Source: an uncultured Candidatus Peribacteria bacterium
GTDB lineage: Bacteria > Patescibacteriota > Gracilibacteria > Peribacterales > Peribacteraceae
Assembly: GCA_964608325.1 (NCBI GenBank)
Contig: CAZSMX010000006.1
Coordinates: 1,426 to 65,425, forward strand
Direction of reading: 5' to 3'
Length of the DNA: 64,000 nt
Positions within the stretch are counted from its first letter, which is position 1. Every line of letters begins with the position of its first letter. Under the pieces are notes generated by a model. That model had not been told where the DNA came from and made no database searches. It worked only from the letters and a program-made list of their open reading frames with translations. A program made the position numbers and the translations under genes. Below, one piece after another: positions 18,416-27,311 of the stretch.

Positions 18416-18540
18416 AAGTTCGCGCTTCCGTCAAAAAGATTTGCAAGGATTGCTTCACCTTCCGCCGCAGAAATGGGGCGGGCAAGGTCGTGATCCGCAA
18501 CGGCTGCAAGAATCCCAAGCACAAGCAGCGCCAGGGCTGA
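18412..18540 (+). CDS. rpmJ: 50S ribosomal protein L36 (42 aa; absent from the ORF track because it is <60 aa)
   Basis: [46 protein letters not shown] overlap with the infA stop. Confidence 0.93.
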   Translation: MKVRASVKKICKDCFTFRRRNGAGKVVIRNGCKNPKHKQRQG

Positions 18541-18580
18541 TTCCTCTTTTGATTTTCCTTTTCAGTTTTCCTTCTCTCCT

Positions 18581-18961
18581 ATGGTTCGTATCTCCGGAGT
18601 CGTCCTCCCCGGCCACAAGAATATCGACATCGCGCTGACGTCCATCAAGGGCATCGGCCGTCCGTTGGCTGGACGCATCGTCAAAGAGCTCAAGATCGAC
18701 GCCGCCACGAAAGCGGACAAGATCACCGAGGAGCAGGAAGCACGCCTTCGCACCCGCATCGAGCAGGAAGTGACGGAGGGAGAGCTGACGCGCAAGGTGT
18801 CGCTCGACGTGAAGCGCCTCCAGGACATCGGAACGTGGCGCGGCATGCGTCACCGCAAGAAGCTCCCGGTGCGCGGACAGACGTCCCGCCGCAACGCCCG
18901 CACGAAGCGCGGCAAGCGCAAGACGGGTTCCTCGGGCCGCACGACCCTGACCAAGACCTAA
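18581..18961 (+). CDS. rpsM: 30S ribosomal protein S13
   Basis: MVRISGVVLPGHKNIDIALTSIKGIG N-terminus. Confidence 0.97.
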   Translation: MVRISGVVLPGHKNIDIALTSIKGIGRPLAGRIVKELKIDAATKADKITEEQEARLRTRIEQEVTEGELTRKVSLDVKRLQDIGTWRGMRHRKKLPVRGQTSRRNARTKRGKRKTGSSGRTTLTKT

Positions 18962-19007
18962 ACCTCCTTCTTCCAAATCCTAACCCTAGCCCTAACCCTA
19001 TTCTCCC

Positions 19008-19466
19008 ATGGCTGAAACGACCACTCCCGCCGCCACTCCCTCCGTTACGGACCTTCTCGGTTCGGATACGGCAGCAGCTGCAGCAGCCCCCAAGACCCGC
19101 CGCAAGAAAGTGAAGCGCAGCATCAAGAACGCTCGCGTTTGCATTCACGCAGGCGAGAACAACACGATCGTGACGATTACGGACATGGAAGGAAACACGC
19201 TCGCATGGGCCAGCTCCGGTTCCTCCGGTTTCGAAGGAACGCGCAAGTCCACGCCGTACTCCTCCAAGGTCGCCGCCGAGAACGCGGTCGCCAAGGTCGC
19301 CGGTTACGGCATCGAGTCGGTTACGGTGGAAGTGAAGGGCCTCGGCCCCGGACGCGAGCAGAGCATCCGCGGCCTCCAGGCTGCCGGCCTCAACCTCGAC
19401 GCCATCATCGACGTCACGCCCATCCCGCACGGAGGCTGCCGTCCGTCCCGCCGCCGCCGCGTCTAA
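19008..19466 (+). CDS. rpsK: 30S ribosomal protein S11
   Basis: [26 protein letters not shown] and C-terminal [18 protein letters not shown]. Confidence 0.97.
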   Translation: MAETTTPAATPSVTDLLGSDTAAAAAAPKTRRKKVKRSIKNARVCIHAGENNTIVTITDMEGNTLAWASSGSSGFEGTRKSTPYSSKVAAENAVAKVAGYGIESVTVEVKGLGPGREQSIRGLQAAGLNLDAIIDVTPIPHGGCRPSRRRRV

Positions 19467-19505
19467 TCCTCAACTCCCCCTAGCCCCAACCCTAACCCTA
19501 ACCCT

Positions 19506-20123
19506 ATGAAGTATACCGGTCCCAAAGCACGCAAAGTCCGCCGCCTCGGCATGAACCTCTACGGAAGCGACAAGTATGATCGCATCCTGACGAAGAAGCC
19601 GTACGGTCCGGGCAAGAGCCCCAAGACGCGTTCCGGCCGCGACAGCGAATACGCCAAGCAGCTGAAGGAGAAGCAGAAGGCCCGCGATATCTACGGCCTC
19701 TCGGAGAAGCAGTTCCGCCGCCTCTACAGCGACGCCATCAAGTCCAAGGGCCGCACGGGAGACACGCTCCAGCAGCTCCTTGAGCAGCGCCTCGACAACG
19801 CCATTTTCCGCGCCGGATTCGCCATGACGCGTTTCCAGTCCCGCCAGTTCGCGGGTCACGGCCTGTTCCTCGTGGACGGCCAGCGCGTGACGTCGCCGAG
19901 CTACCGCCTCAAGCCGGGCCAGGTGATCACGGTCCGCCCCAAGGCGAAGGATTCCCCGGTCTTCGCCGGAATCCGCGAGCGCAACAGCAAGTACCTCGCG
20001 CCGAAGTGGCTCAAGGCCGACAGCGACAAGCTCTCCGCCGAAGTGGTGGCCGTTCCCACCGCGCAGGACGCAGAGCAGGCCGTCGATATGCGTCTCGTCA
20101 TCGAGTTCTACTCACGCAACTAA
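19506..20123 (+). CDS. rpsD: 30S ribosomal protein S4
   Basis: MKYTGPKARKVRRLG N-terminus and the S4 domain. Confidence 0.97.
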   Translation: MKYTGPKARKVRRLGMNLYGSDKYDRILTKKPYGPGKSPKTRSGRDSEYAKQLKEKQKARDIYGLSEKQFRRLYSDAIKSKGRTGDTLQQLLEQRLDNAIFRAGFAMTRFQSRQFAGHGLFLVDGQRVTSPSYRLKPGQVITVRPKAKDSPVFAGIRERNSKYLAPKWLKADSDKLSAEVVAVPTAQDAEQAVDMRLVIEFYSRN

Positions 20124-20131
20124 TTTTTCTT

Positions 20132-20168
20132 CCCTGCACCCGTATGGTGCGGGGTATTCTCCTTTTTT
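20132..20168 (+). terminator. intra-operon hairpin plus T-run between rpsD and rpoA (attenuator/terminator)
   Basis: Stem ccctgcacc (20132-20140) pairs with ggtgcgggg (20146-20154), with one G-U pair. Loop is cgtat, followed by tattctcctttttt. Confidence 0.5.
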
Positions 20169-20187
20169 CCTCTTCCTTCCATCCATT

Positions 20188-21189
20188 ATGCACATTATTC
20201 AGGAAGAAATCGGATTGCCAGTCTTCAGCACCCAGAAGGGCGCCAAAGGTGACGATTCGCATAAGATCTTCACCATTTCGCCGCTCCCTCCGGGATTCGC
20301 GATGACCCTCGGCAATGCGTTGCGCCGCGCGCTGCTTTCCAGTTTGCCCGGTGCCGCAGTCAGTTCGATTCGCATCCAGGGTGTGCAGCACGAGTACACG
20401 ACCATCAAGGGCGTGAAGGAGAGCGTCGTCGATATCATGTTGAACCTCAAGCAGCTGAAGCTTCGCAAGCACAGCAAGGACGCCGAGGTCATCACGCTCG
20501 ACATCAAGGGTCCGAAGGATGTCACGGCACGCGACCTCAAGGTCTCGTCCGATATCGAAGTCCTGAACCCGGATCTCCCGTTGTTCACCATTGAGAAGGG
20601 CGGTTCCGTCGAGATGCAGATCACGGTGGAGAAGGACGTCGGATTCGAAGTCGCCACCGAACGCAACAAGTTGCACCATGAACCGGGCCTCATCTACCTC
20701 GATGCGGTCTACAGCCCGGTCGAGAAGGTCCGCTTCGATGTCGAGCTCGCCCGTGTCGGTCAGCGCACCAACCTCGAGAAGCTCGTCCTGGAAGTCCAGA
20801 CGAACGGATCCCTCAACGCCGAGGAAGCCGTCCAGTTCGCTTCCCAGCTCCTCCAGAGCTACTTCAAGTACTTCGGTTCCGACCAGAAGACGGTCGAGCC
20901 GGAATTCATGGCAGACTTCTCCCGCGCGTCCGTCCAGCAGATGGAAGACATGTCCGGCGGAGGCGCCGTCCCGGTGAAGGAAAGCTACACCCCGATCGAA
21001 ATCCTCAACCTCAGCCCGCGCACCCTGAACGCCCTTATCAACGCAGGCGTCGGTTCCATCGAGCAGCTCACGAAGTGCACGGAATCCATGCTGAGCAACT
21101 TCCGCGGATTCGGCGCAAAGGCCCTGGATGAGGTCAAAGCGACCCTTGCGACCCGCGGCCTGACCCTGGGTTCCGAGTCCGAAGAATAA
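20188..21189 (+). CDS. rpoA: DNA-directed RNA polymerase subunit alpha
   Basis: PLPPGFAMTLGNALRRALLSSLPGAAV, and a C-terminal domain with ILNLSPRTLNAL. Confidence 0.97.
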   Translation: MHIIQEEIGLPVFSTQKGAKGDDSHKIFTISPLPPGFAMTLGNALRRALLSSLPGAAVSSIRIQGVQHEYTTIKGVKESVVDIMLNLKQLKLRKHSKDAEVITLDIKGPKDVTARDLKVSSDIEVLNPDLPLFTIEKGGSVEMQITVEKDVGFEVATERNKLHHEPGLIYLDAVYSPVEKVRFDVELARVGQRTNLEKLVLEVQTNGSLNAEEAVQFASQLLQSYFKYFGSDQKTVEPEFMADFSRASVQQMEDMSGGGAVPVKESYTPIEILNLSPRTLNALINAGVGSIEQLTKCTESMLSNFRGFGAKALDEVKATLATRGLTLGSESEE

Positions 21190-21257
21190 GCTTGTTTTCG
21201 ACCCCGGTTTTCCCTATTCTCCCCGCCCCGAGCGAAATTCCCTATTAGCCCCGACCA

Positions 21258-21707
21258 ATGCGTCACCAGCACTCCAAAGCAGAGCTCAACCTGAAACTCA
21301 ACCACGCCCGTCTCCTGACGAGGAACCTGGCCACGTCCTTGATCCTCTACGAGTCCATCCGCACGACGAAGTCGCGCGCACGCGTGGTCCAGCCCATCGT
21401 CGATCGTCTCATCACGATCGCCAAGAAGAAGCAGGGACAGCAGGCCATCCGCGCGATCAACGCCGTGGTGACCGATCTCAACGCATCCAGGAAGCTCATG
21501 GAAGTTCTGGCCAAGCGCTACGCTTCCCGCCCGTCCGGATTCTCCAAGGCCAAGCCGGCCGGAGCCCGCAAGGGTGACGGAGCCGCGCTCGTGGACCTCA
21601 TGCTCATCGACGCGGAAACGCGTGCAGTCGCCGAGCCGAAGAAGGAGAAGAAGGCGGCCGCTCCCAAGAAAGCAGCATCCAAGAAAGCTACCACCTCCGA
21701 ATCATGA
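21258..21707 (+). CDS. rplQ: 50S ribosomal protein L17 with Lys/Ala-rich tail
   Basis: MRHQHSKAELNLKLNHARLLTRNLATSLILYESIRTT. Confidence 0.96.
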   Translation: MRHQHSKAELNLKLNHARLLTRNLATSLILYESIRTTKSRARVVQPIVDRLITIAKKKQGQQAIRAINAVVTDLNASRKLMEVLAKRYASRPSGFSKAKPAGARKGDGAALVDLMLIDAETRAVAEPKKEKKAAAPKKAASKKATTSES

Positions 21708-22138
21708 AGACGACGACCGTTCCAGTATCGGCGCCCAAGTGGCACATCATCGACGCCGAAGGCCAGTCGATCGGTAAGATCGCCGTGAAGGCCGCCATGG
21801 TCATCCGTGGCAAGCACAAGGCCACGTTCTCCCCTCACCAGCTGTGCGGAGACCACGTCATTGTGATCAATGCGGAGAAGGTGAAGCTTCCGCCGAAGAA
21901 AGGTCTGCGCAAGGTCTACCACCGCCACACCGGTTTCCCCGGAAACATGAAGCATGCGAACCTGACGCAGATGCTTGAGAAGAAGCCGACCTACGTTATC
22001 GAGAACGCCGTCAAAGGAATGCTTGAGGCCAACCGCCTCCGCCAGCAGATGGTGAAGCGCCTCCACGTCTTCGTGGGAGCAGAGCATCCCTACAACGCAC
22101 AGCAGCCCACTCCTCTCACCCTCATCCGCACCAAGTAA
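21704..22138 (+). CDS. rplM: 50S ribosomal protein L13
   Basis: WHIIDAEGQSIGKIAVKAAMVIRGKHK N-terminal block. Confidence 0.96.
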   Translation: MKTTTVPVSAPKWHIIDAEGQSIGKIAVKAAMVIRGKHKATFSPHQLCGDHVIVINAEKVKLPPKKGLRKVYHRHTGFPGNMKHANLTQMLEKKPTYVIENAVKGMLEANRLRQQMVKRLHVFVGAEHPYNAQQPTPLTLIRTK

Positions 22139-22140
22139 TC

Positions 22141-22533
22141 ATGGCCTCCACGTACACCTACAGCGTCGGCAAGAGAAAGACCGCGATCGCCCGCGTGAAA
22201 CTGTTCCAGGGCGGATCCGGTGAACTGAAGGTGAATGACAAGCCTGCCAAGACGTACTTCACGCCGCTCCAGATCGAGAACCTCTTCGCCCCCCTCGTCC
22301 TTACCGGACAGAAGGGCAGCTTCGATATCGAGGCTCGCCTGACGGGAGGCGGAAAGTCCGCCCAGAGTGATGCGATCCGCCACGGCATCAGCCGCGCACT
22401 GCTCCTCGTGAACCCTGAATTCCGCACCGAACTCAAGCGCGCCGGATTCCTCCGCCGCGATTCCCGCGTCAAGGAGCGCAAGAAGCCGGGTCTCCACAGA
22501 GCACGCCGCGCGCCGCAGTTCTCCAAGCGCTAA
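22141..22533 (+). CDS. rpsI: 30S ribosomal protein S9
   Basis: GKRKTAIARV... and C-terminal RRDSRVKERKKPGLHRARRAPQFSKR. Confidence 0.97.
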   Translation: MASTYTYSVGKRKTAIARVKLFQGGSGELKVNDKPAKTYFTPLQIENLFAPLVLTGQKGSFDIEARLTGGGKSAQSDAIRHGISRALLLVNPEFRTELKRAGFLRRDSRVKERKKPGLHRARRAPQFSKR

Positions 22534-22545
22534 CATCGACTCTCC

Positions 22546-22575
22546 AAGAAGGCCCGAAAGGGCCTTCTTTCGTAT
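22546..22575 (+). terminator. rho-independent terminator closing the ribosomal super-operon
   Basis: 10-bp stem aagaaggccc/gggccttctt with gaaa loop and a T-rich tail. Confidence 0.8.
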
Positions 22576-22576
22576 A

Positions 22577-22604
22577 TTGACGTAGGTTTGAATATACTTA
22601 TAGT
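22577..22604 (+). promoter_or_regulatory. sigma70-like promoter (TTGACG, 16-nt spacer, TATAGT)
   Basis: TTGACG at 22577-22582 and TATAGT at 22599-22604, ~50 nt upstream of the ATG at 22654. Confidence 0.5.
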
Positions 22605-22653
22605 ACGCGGGCGTTCTTTTCCCGTTCGTTGTTTGCAAACCTGAGAGGTGTGT

Positions 22654-22971
22654 ATGTCGTCAGTCGCAAACCCTGTTGCGTCGAAGGAATTTTTCCTGCC
22701 TGGTGAAGCCGCGATCCTGCTGCAGTGCAGCCCCGAGTCGGTCAGTAATTACTACGACAAGGGTAAATTGAAGGGCGACCGCAACGGCCCGCGCAAATGT
22801 CGCCGCATCAGTCGTGGAAGCCTTATCGCCCTGATGAAGGAGAAACAGCTCGACACCAGTGAACTCGAACCCGACGCGTCCTCCGACGCGGCACTGACCG
22901 GCGTAAGTAGCACGAATTCCTCCGCCCAGGGCACTCCGCCTCCCGGCGACGGCGTTGCTGCTGATCAGTAA
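22654..22971 (+). CDS. excisionase/MerR-like helix-turn-helix DNA-binding protein
   Basis: FFLPGEAAILLQCSPESVSNYYDKGKLKG...RRISRGSLIALM fits the excisionase-family HTH pattern. A GAGAGG SD-like element lies 6 nt upstream of the ATG. Confidence 0.55.
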   Translation: MSSVANPVASKEFFLPGEAAILLQCSPESVSNYYDKGKLKGDRNGPRKCRRISRGSLIALMKEKQLDTSELEPDASSDAALTGVSSTNSSAQGTPPPGDGVAADQ

Positions 22972-23011
22972 CGGTCAAAAACGCACCGCGCAGGCGTAGT
23001 CTGCGCACGAG

Positions 23012-23044
23012 CCCCTGGCAGCAATGCCAGGGGTCTCTTTTTTA
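23012..23044 (+). terminator. rho-independent terminator
   Basis: 9-bp stem cccctggca/tgccagggg with gcaa loop, followed by tctctttttt. Confidence 0.85.
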
Positions 23045-23073
23045 TACCTTGCCATACGTGGCCTCGGGCTGCG

Positions 23074-24720
23074 TTGCTCGGCTATCATATCCCTGTGCTC
23101 CGCCGTGCGTTACGTCGTCTACCGGCTTCCGTTTGGCTTCTGATAGGCCTGGTATGCATCTTGTACCTTCCGTCCCTGTCGTACGGGTTCGTGAGTTGGG
23201 ACGACGAACTGCTGGTAACGCGTAATCCTCTACTACGCCTGCCGTTTTTCGCCATGGTCGGGAAGGCCTTCACATCCTACGACCCGGAGCTCTACGCGCC
23301 CCTCACGACGCTTTCCTTCGGCTTGCAGTACAAGGTGTTTGGCCTTTGGGCGCCTGCCTACCACGCATTCAATCTCCTGCTGCACCTTGGCAATGCCGTC
23401 TTTGTGTTTCTCATCCTGGGCCGCCTGACGGGCAAGCAGAAGGTTGCATTCGCCTGCGCGCTTCTCTGGGCCATCCATCCGTTGAACGTGGAGGCGGTTA
23501 CATGGATCAGCGCCAGGAAGGATCTCTTGGCCTCCTGTTTCGCTCTGGCTTCCATTCTGGCCTATCTCCATGACCGGAAGGGGTGGAGCGCCGTGCTGTA
23601 TGTCTTGGGCCTTCTCAGCAAGGTTTCCATCGTGCCGTTGCCCTTCGCTCTCTTGCTTCTCGATTGGCATCGCGGACGGGACCTCAAACGTTCCCTGAAG
23701 GATCAAGGGCCGTTATTCCTCGTCGCGGCGGTCTTCGTCTTCATCGCATTCATGGGAAAGACGCGCGGCATCGCGGCGTTGTCGTTCGGCGATACGTTCC
23801 TGCTCGCAATCCAAAGCACGTGGTTCTACCTGTGGAAACTGATCGCCCCCGTGTCGCTGTCCATCCTCTATCCGCCGTCGGCATCGCATGCGCCGGTCAT
23901 TCTGTCTGCCATCGCGAGCGTCGCCGCATGCGCGCTCATCGCCTGGGCGCTCCGAAAGAAGATGCCCGCCATTCCCTTTGCGGCCGGGTGGTACGTATGT
24001 TTCCTGCTTCCAAGCTTCGCGTCGTTCGTCCGTGCCGGCAGGGTCTCCGTCGCGGTGGATCACTATGCGTATCTCGCGATTCTCGCACCCCTCGCACTGA
24101 TCACCTTGTTCATCGACCGTTTGGCGACAAATCGAAGAACCTATGGCGCCGCCATCGCGTGCCTGTCTCTCGCGTTGGCCTACGGGTCGTACCTGCGCAT
24201 GACCGAGTGGCGGAGCAGCGAAGCCCTCTATGCCTCGGCTATCCGTCTGTCCCCGCAGGAAGCGGTCCTCCACTACAACCTGGGCGTAGAGTATTCCGTG
24301 CAGAGCCGCTGGGACGAGGCGATCGGTTCGTATCGCAGCGCCATCGCGGCTGATCCGGCGTACGACAGTGCCATGAGCAACCTGGCCATACTCCTGTCGG
24401 CCCGGGGGGAAACCGAAGAGGCGCGAGCGCTATTGGAGAAGGCTATCGCACTCAATCCGAAAAACGCGAACGCATACAACAACAGGGGGTCGATGCTGTT
24501 GGATGAGGGGAATGTCGAAGCGGCGATCCGGGATTTCCAAACGGCCATACGGCTCGATGAAACCAATGTCAAAGCCCATCGCAACCTTGGCGCTGCCTAC
24601 GGGAAAAAGGGGATGTACCGCGAAGGTCTCCTGGAGTTCAAGCGGGCGTTGGAACTGGATCCTAATGCCGACCCGGAAGAGATACGCAAAATCGAGAGAG
24701 CTCTAGATCAAGCCAATTAA
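23074..24720 (+). CDS. multi-pass membrane protein with C-terminal TPR repeats (PMT/TMTC-like glycosyltransferase family candidate)
   Basis: About 9-10 hydrophobic segments, then TPR repeats (YNLGVEY..W.EAI..Y..AI..DP; NAYNNRGSMLLDEGNVEAAI). Start codon uncertain (TTG). Confidence 0.7.
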   Translation: MLGYHIPVLRRALRRLPASVWLLIGLVCILYLPSLSYGFVSWDDELLVTRNPLLRLPFFAMVGKAFTSYDPELYAPLTTLSFGLQYKVFGLWAPAYHAFNLLLHLGNAVFVFLILGRLTGKQKVAFACALLWAIHPLNVEAVTWISARKDLLASCFALASILAYLHDRKGWSAVLYVLGLLSKVSIVPLPFALLLLDWHRGRDLKRSLKDQGPLFLVAAVFVFIAFMGKTRGIAALSFGDTFLLAIQSTWFYLWKLIAPVSLSILYPPSASHAPVILSAIASVAACALIAWALRKKMPAIPFAAGWYVCFLLPSFASFVRAGRVSVAVDHYAYLAILAPLALITLFIDRLATNRRTYGAAIACLSLALAYGSYLRMTEWRSSEALYASAIRLSPQEAVLHYNLGVEYSVQSRWDEAIGSYRSAIAADPAYDSAMSNLAILLSARGETEEARALLEKAIALNPKNANAYNNRGSMLLDEGNVEAAIRDFQTAIRLDETNVKAHRNLGAAYGKKGMYREGLLEFKRALELDPNADPEEIRKIERALDQAN

Positions 24721-24757
24721 CGAGTGCTCATGAGAGAAGGCCGGAGGTTTTTTCGTG

Positions 24758-25114
24758 TTACGCCAGCGCCATCCTCACGTAGTACAGGCTCGATCCGCTG
24801 TCGGTATCGAGGATGAACTTCGCGTCCAGCAGCTGAAGCTGGATGATCGTCTGGCACATGCGCAGGAGCATGCGCGGCGGAAGGGCGACGCCCGATTCCA
24901 GTACCACGGCGCAGAGGCCGGCGGAGTCCTGGGATCTCAAATACTTTTCGCCCGACTCGCGAATGACATTGCACAAACTCTCGTGCATCTGGCTGACGTA
25001 CTGTTCAACGTACGGCTCCAGTTGTTCCACGGGGAGGTCCTGGATTTCCGGAAGCGCCTCGACGATGTCGAGGTCCTTGTGGATGGCGTGCGCGATGCAG
25101 GTATCGATCGTCAT
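24758..25114 (-). CDS. hypothetical protein (118 aa from ATG 25114)
   Basis: ORF 24758..25228. The internal ATG is preferred because it lies just downstream of a G-free CA-rich leader. Confidence 0.45.
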   Translation of the reverse strand: MTIDTCIAHAIHKDLDIVEALPEIQDLPVEQLEPYVEQYVSQMHESLCNVIRESGEKYLRSQDSAGLCAVVLESGVALPPRMLLRMCQTIIQLQLLDAKFILDTDSGSSLYYVRMALA

Positions 25115-25373
25115 AAAGTTTGTGTGTTTGTTTGTATGTGTTTGTGAAATCCAATCAGTATAGCAAAAATCGTGGATTTTCTCAAGGGTAGGGGAAAGTC
25201 GCGGGCGTGCGAACACATGGATGGGCACGGGGACCCTTTCAGGGCTTTTCCAGGCGTATGAATCATAAAGTGCGAATACCCTTCCGTTTGATTATTAGTC
25301 AAATTTGCCAGATTGGGGATAGTGGTCTTGCTGCTTCTTTTCTCCATAGGCGCGATCTCGTATACTCCGCCTC

Positions 25374-25886
25374 ATGCGCGCCGCCTTCTTCCTATTTTTC
25401 AGTTTCCTGTCCATTCCCGTCTCGTTCGCCCACACGGGCGGTCTTTCTTTCGAACGGCAAATAAAGGACGTGTTAATCGATATCGGTTTCGGCACGGATA
25501 TCCCGACGGTAGGTTCCGCACCCACCTATTCCTTCGATCTCTTCAATACCGCGGATCCCAATGCCTACGCGTTCGAACCGTTCAGCAAGGTCCACGTGCG
25601 CGTCTTCAAGGATCGCCAGGAACTGCTGAGTAGGACGTTGGAAAACAACGGCCTCAACGTACCCTTTCTTTCGTTCCAGTATAAGGAAGCAGGGGACTAT
25701 TCCATGGCGGTAAAATTCGAACGCAAGGGAAAGGATTCGGTGGATGCTTCCTTTGGCTACCGCGTCATGCCGGCCCCGACGCCCTCCGTGAATGTCTCGC
25801 CGGGCATGACGGTCATGATCTTAGGCGTCGTTACGGCCATCATTGCCTTCCTGTTGTACAAGTTGGTCGTCGCGGTGCGCGCGTAG
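25374..25886 (+). CDS. hypothetical secreted protein with C-terminal membrane anchor
   Basis: Signal-like MRAAFFLFFSFLSIPVSFA and C-terminal TM MTVMILGVVTAIIAFLLYKLVV. Confidence 0.6.
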   Translation: MRAAFFLFFSFLSIPVSFAHTGGLSFERQIKDVLIDIGFGTDIPTVGSAPTYSFDLFNTADPNAYAFEPFSKVHVRVFKDRQELLSRTLENNGLNVPFLSFQYKEAGDYSMAVKFERKGKDSVDASFGYRVMPAPTPSVNVSPGMTVMILGVVTAIIAFLLYKLVVAVRA

Positions 25887-25888
25887 CC

Positions 25889-26257
25889 TTACCCTACGTA
25901 CGACGTCACGCGTTCGAAGATCGCCTGCAGCGGCATCTTGTGCTTCACTATGTATTCCTTCACTCCGGACATGGTGCACTTCTCGCGGTAGTCCGCTGTA
26001 TCGTAGTTCGTCAGTACGACCACGGGTACGTCCGGGTTACTCTTCTGCAGGTGTTCCAACACGGCGAATCCGTCCGCCTTGGGCATGCGCAAATCAAGGA
26101 CGAGGAGATCGGGTTTCGTGCGGTTGATGGCGTTGATGGCTTCCTCCCCGTTCTCCGCGGCACGTACCACCACGTCCAGGTCGCGGTTATCGAACTCGAT
26201 ACTCATCAGCTTCATCATGGTCAGGTCATCGTCTGCTACAAGGATGTTTTTAGACAT
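25889..26257 (-). CDS. stand-alone response-regulator receiver domain (CheY-like)
   Basis: ILVADDD...DLLVLDLRMPKADGF...VVVLTN receiver motifs. No output domain. Confidence 0.85.
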   Translation of the reverse strand: MSKNILVADDDLTMMKLMSIEFDNRDLDVVVRAAENGEEAINAINRTKPDLLVLDLRMPKADGFAVLEHLQKSNPDVPVVVLTNYDTADYREKCTMSGVKEYIVKHKMPLQAIFERVTSYVG

Positions 26258-26412
26258 ATCTGTTGGTATTGATACTATTTTATTATAGCATAAATATATG
26301 TTTTGTAAAATACAAAAAAATGGCTTCAAATAGGGCTGATTCAAAATATATATGTTTTTTCATGACTTTGATTTATTTGACATTTGTTTTTCAGAGTATC
26401 AGCATCGTGTGC

Positions 26413-26682
26413 ATGAGTGGGGAATCTCCATTATCAACGTCGGAATTGGGCCATGATGCAGGGCAGGAAGTTGTAAAAGATTGGAATTTTCTTTGGTCGC
26501 AGTACGGCGTCCAGGCTACGTGCGATTTGTACTGGGGAAAGTATCTTGTAGTTTTCGAGGGAGAAATCGTTGCAAGCGGAGAAAGAGAGACGCCTGCCCG
26601 TGAAGAAGGCGTAAGAAAATTGGCAGAAAAAGGAAAAAATGTTCCTGCCGAACGTTTGGTTGTGGGTTATTTAGGTTGGTAG
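26413..26682 (+). CDS. small DUF5678-like protein (89 aa)
   Basis: W..YG....DLYWGKYLVVFEGEIVASG pattern recalled from the DUF5678 family. Low-GC upstream region. Confidence 0.4.
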   Translation: MSGESPLSTSELGHDAGQEVVKDWNFLWSQYGVQATCDLYWGKYLVVFEGEIVASGERETPAREEGVRKLAEKGKNVPAERLVVGYLGW

Positions 26683-26705
26683 GCCACCGAAAAAGAAAAC
26701 GCTCG

Positions 26706-27179
26706 TTAGTGCCAGGCGTATTTTTGTGATGTGATCAATTTGCCGTCCAGGAAATTCTGGAACGGAATGAAGCGCGGGGTGGGGAGTTTGGAGGTTGGCA
26801 CCCATCCCACGAACGCTGTTTCGCGCGGCGACGTGATGGTCGGTTCGCCGTAGGCGTACTCCGCTTCCACCCACATCGTCACGTAGTGCTTTCCTTCCTC
26901 GCGAAAGACGTCGTTCGTGTATCCCAGGAAGCGGGCATTGCGTATAACCACGCCCGTCTCTTCCAATACTTCGCGCGCTGCGCACTCCTCCACGCTCTCG
27001 CCGAAATCGATATGCCCTCCGGGCACCGACCACGAACCCGCGCCGTGCGAACCCTGGCGTTGGATCTGCAAGATCTCCCCGTCCCTGCGGACGATCACTC
27101 CCACGCCGACGCTGGCTCGATCAACTGCCACGTCCGCAGTATAGATCCGGGCCACCGGCGGGCCTAGCGTCATGATCAC
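26706..27179 (-). CDS. NUDIX hydrolase
   Basis: Canonical Nudix box GGHIDFGESVEECAAREVLEETG. Confidence 0.9.
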   Translation of the reverse strand: MIMTLGPPVARIYTADVAVDRASVGVGVIVRRDGEILQIQRQGSHGAGSWSVPGGHIDFGESVEECAAREVLEETGVVIRNARFLGYTNDVFREEGKHYVTMWVEAEYAYGEPTITSPRETAFVGWVPTSKLPTPRFIPFQNFLDGKLITSQKYAWH

Positions 27180-27311
27180 CTTTTTGATCCGTCATCTAAG
27201 GCACTATGCCAACCATTCTTAAGGCCGCGCTCATCGCGGTCGTCTTCGGAGGCGGCTGGGCCGTACTCTACCTGCTCTTCAAGGCGATCACGTGATGGGT
27301 ATACTGTCCGC

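Noticed and set aside
25118-25146. GT-rich tract gtttgtgtgtttgtttgtatgtgtttgtg as a phase-variable microsatellite.
   Set aside because: It is not a perfect tandem repeat. On the sense (minus) strand it is simply another G-free CA-rich leader in front of the ATG at 25114, consistent with the general leader pattern.
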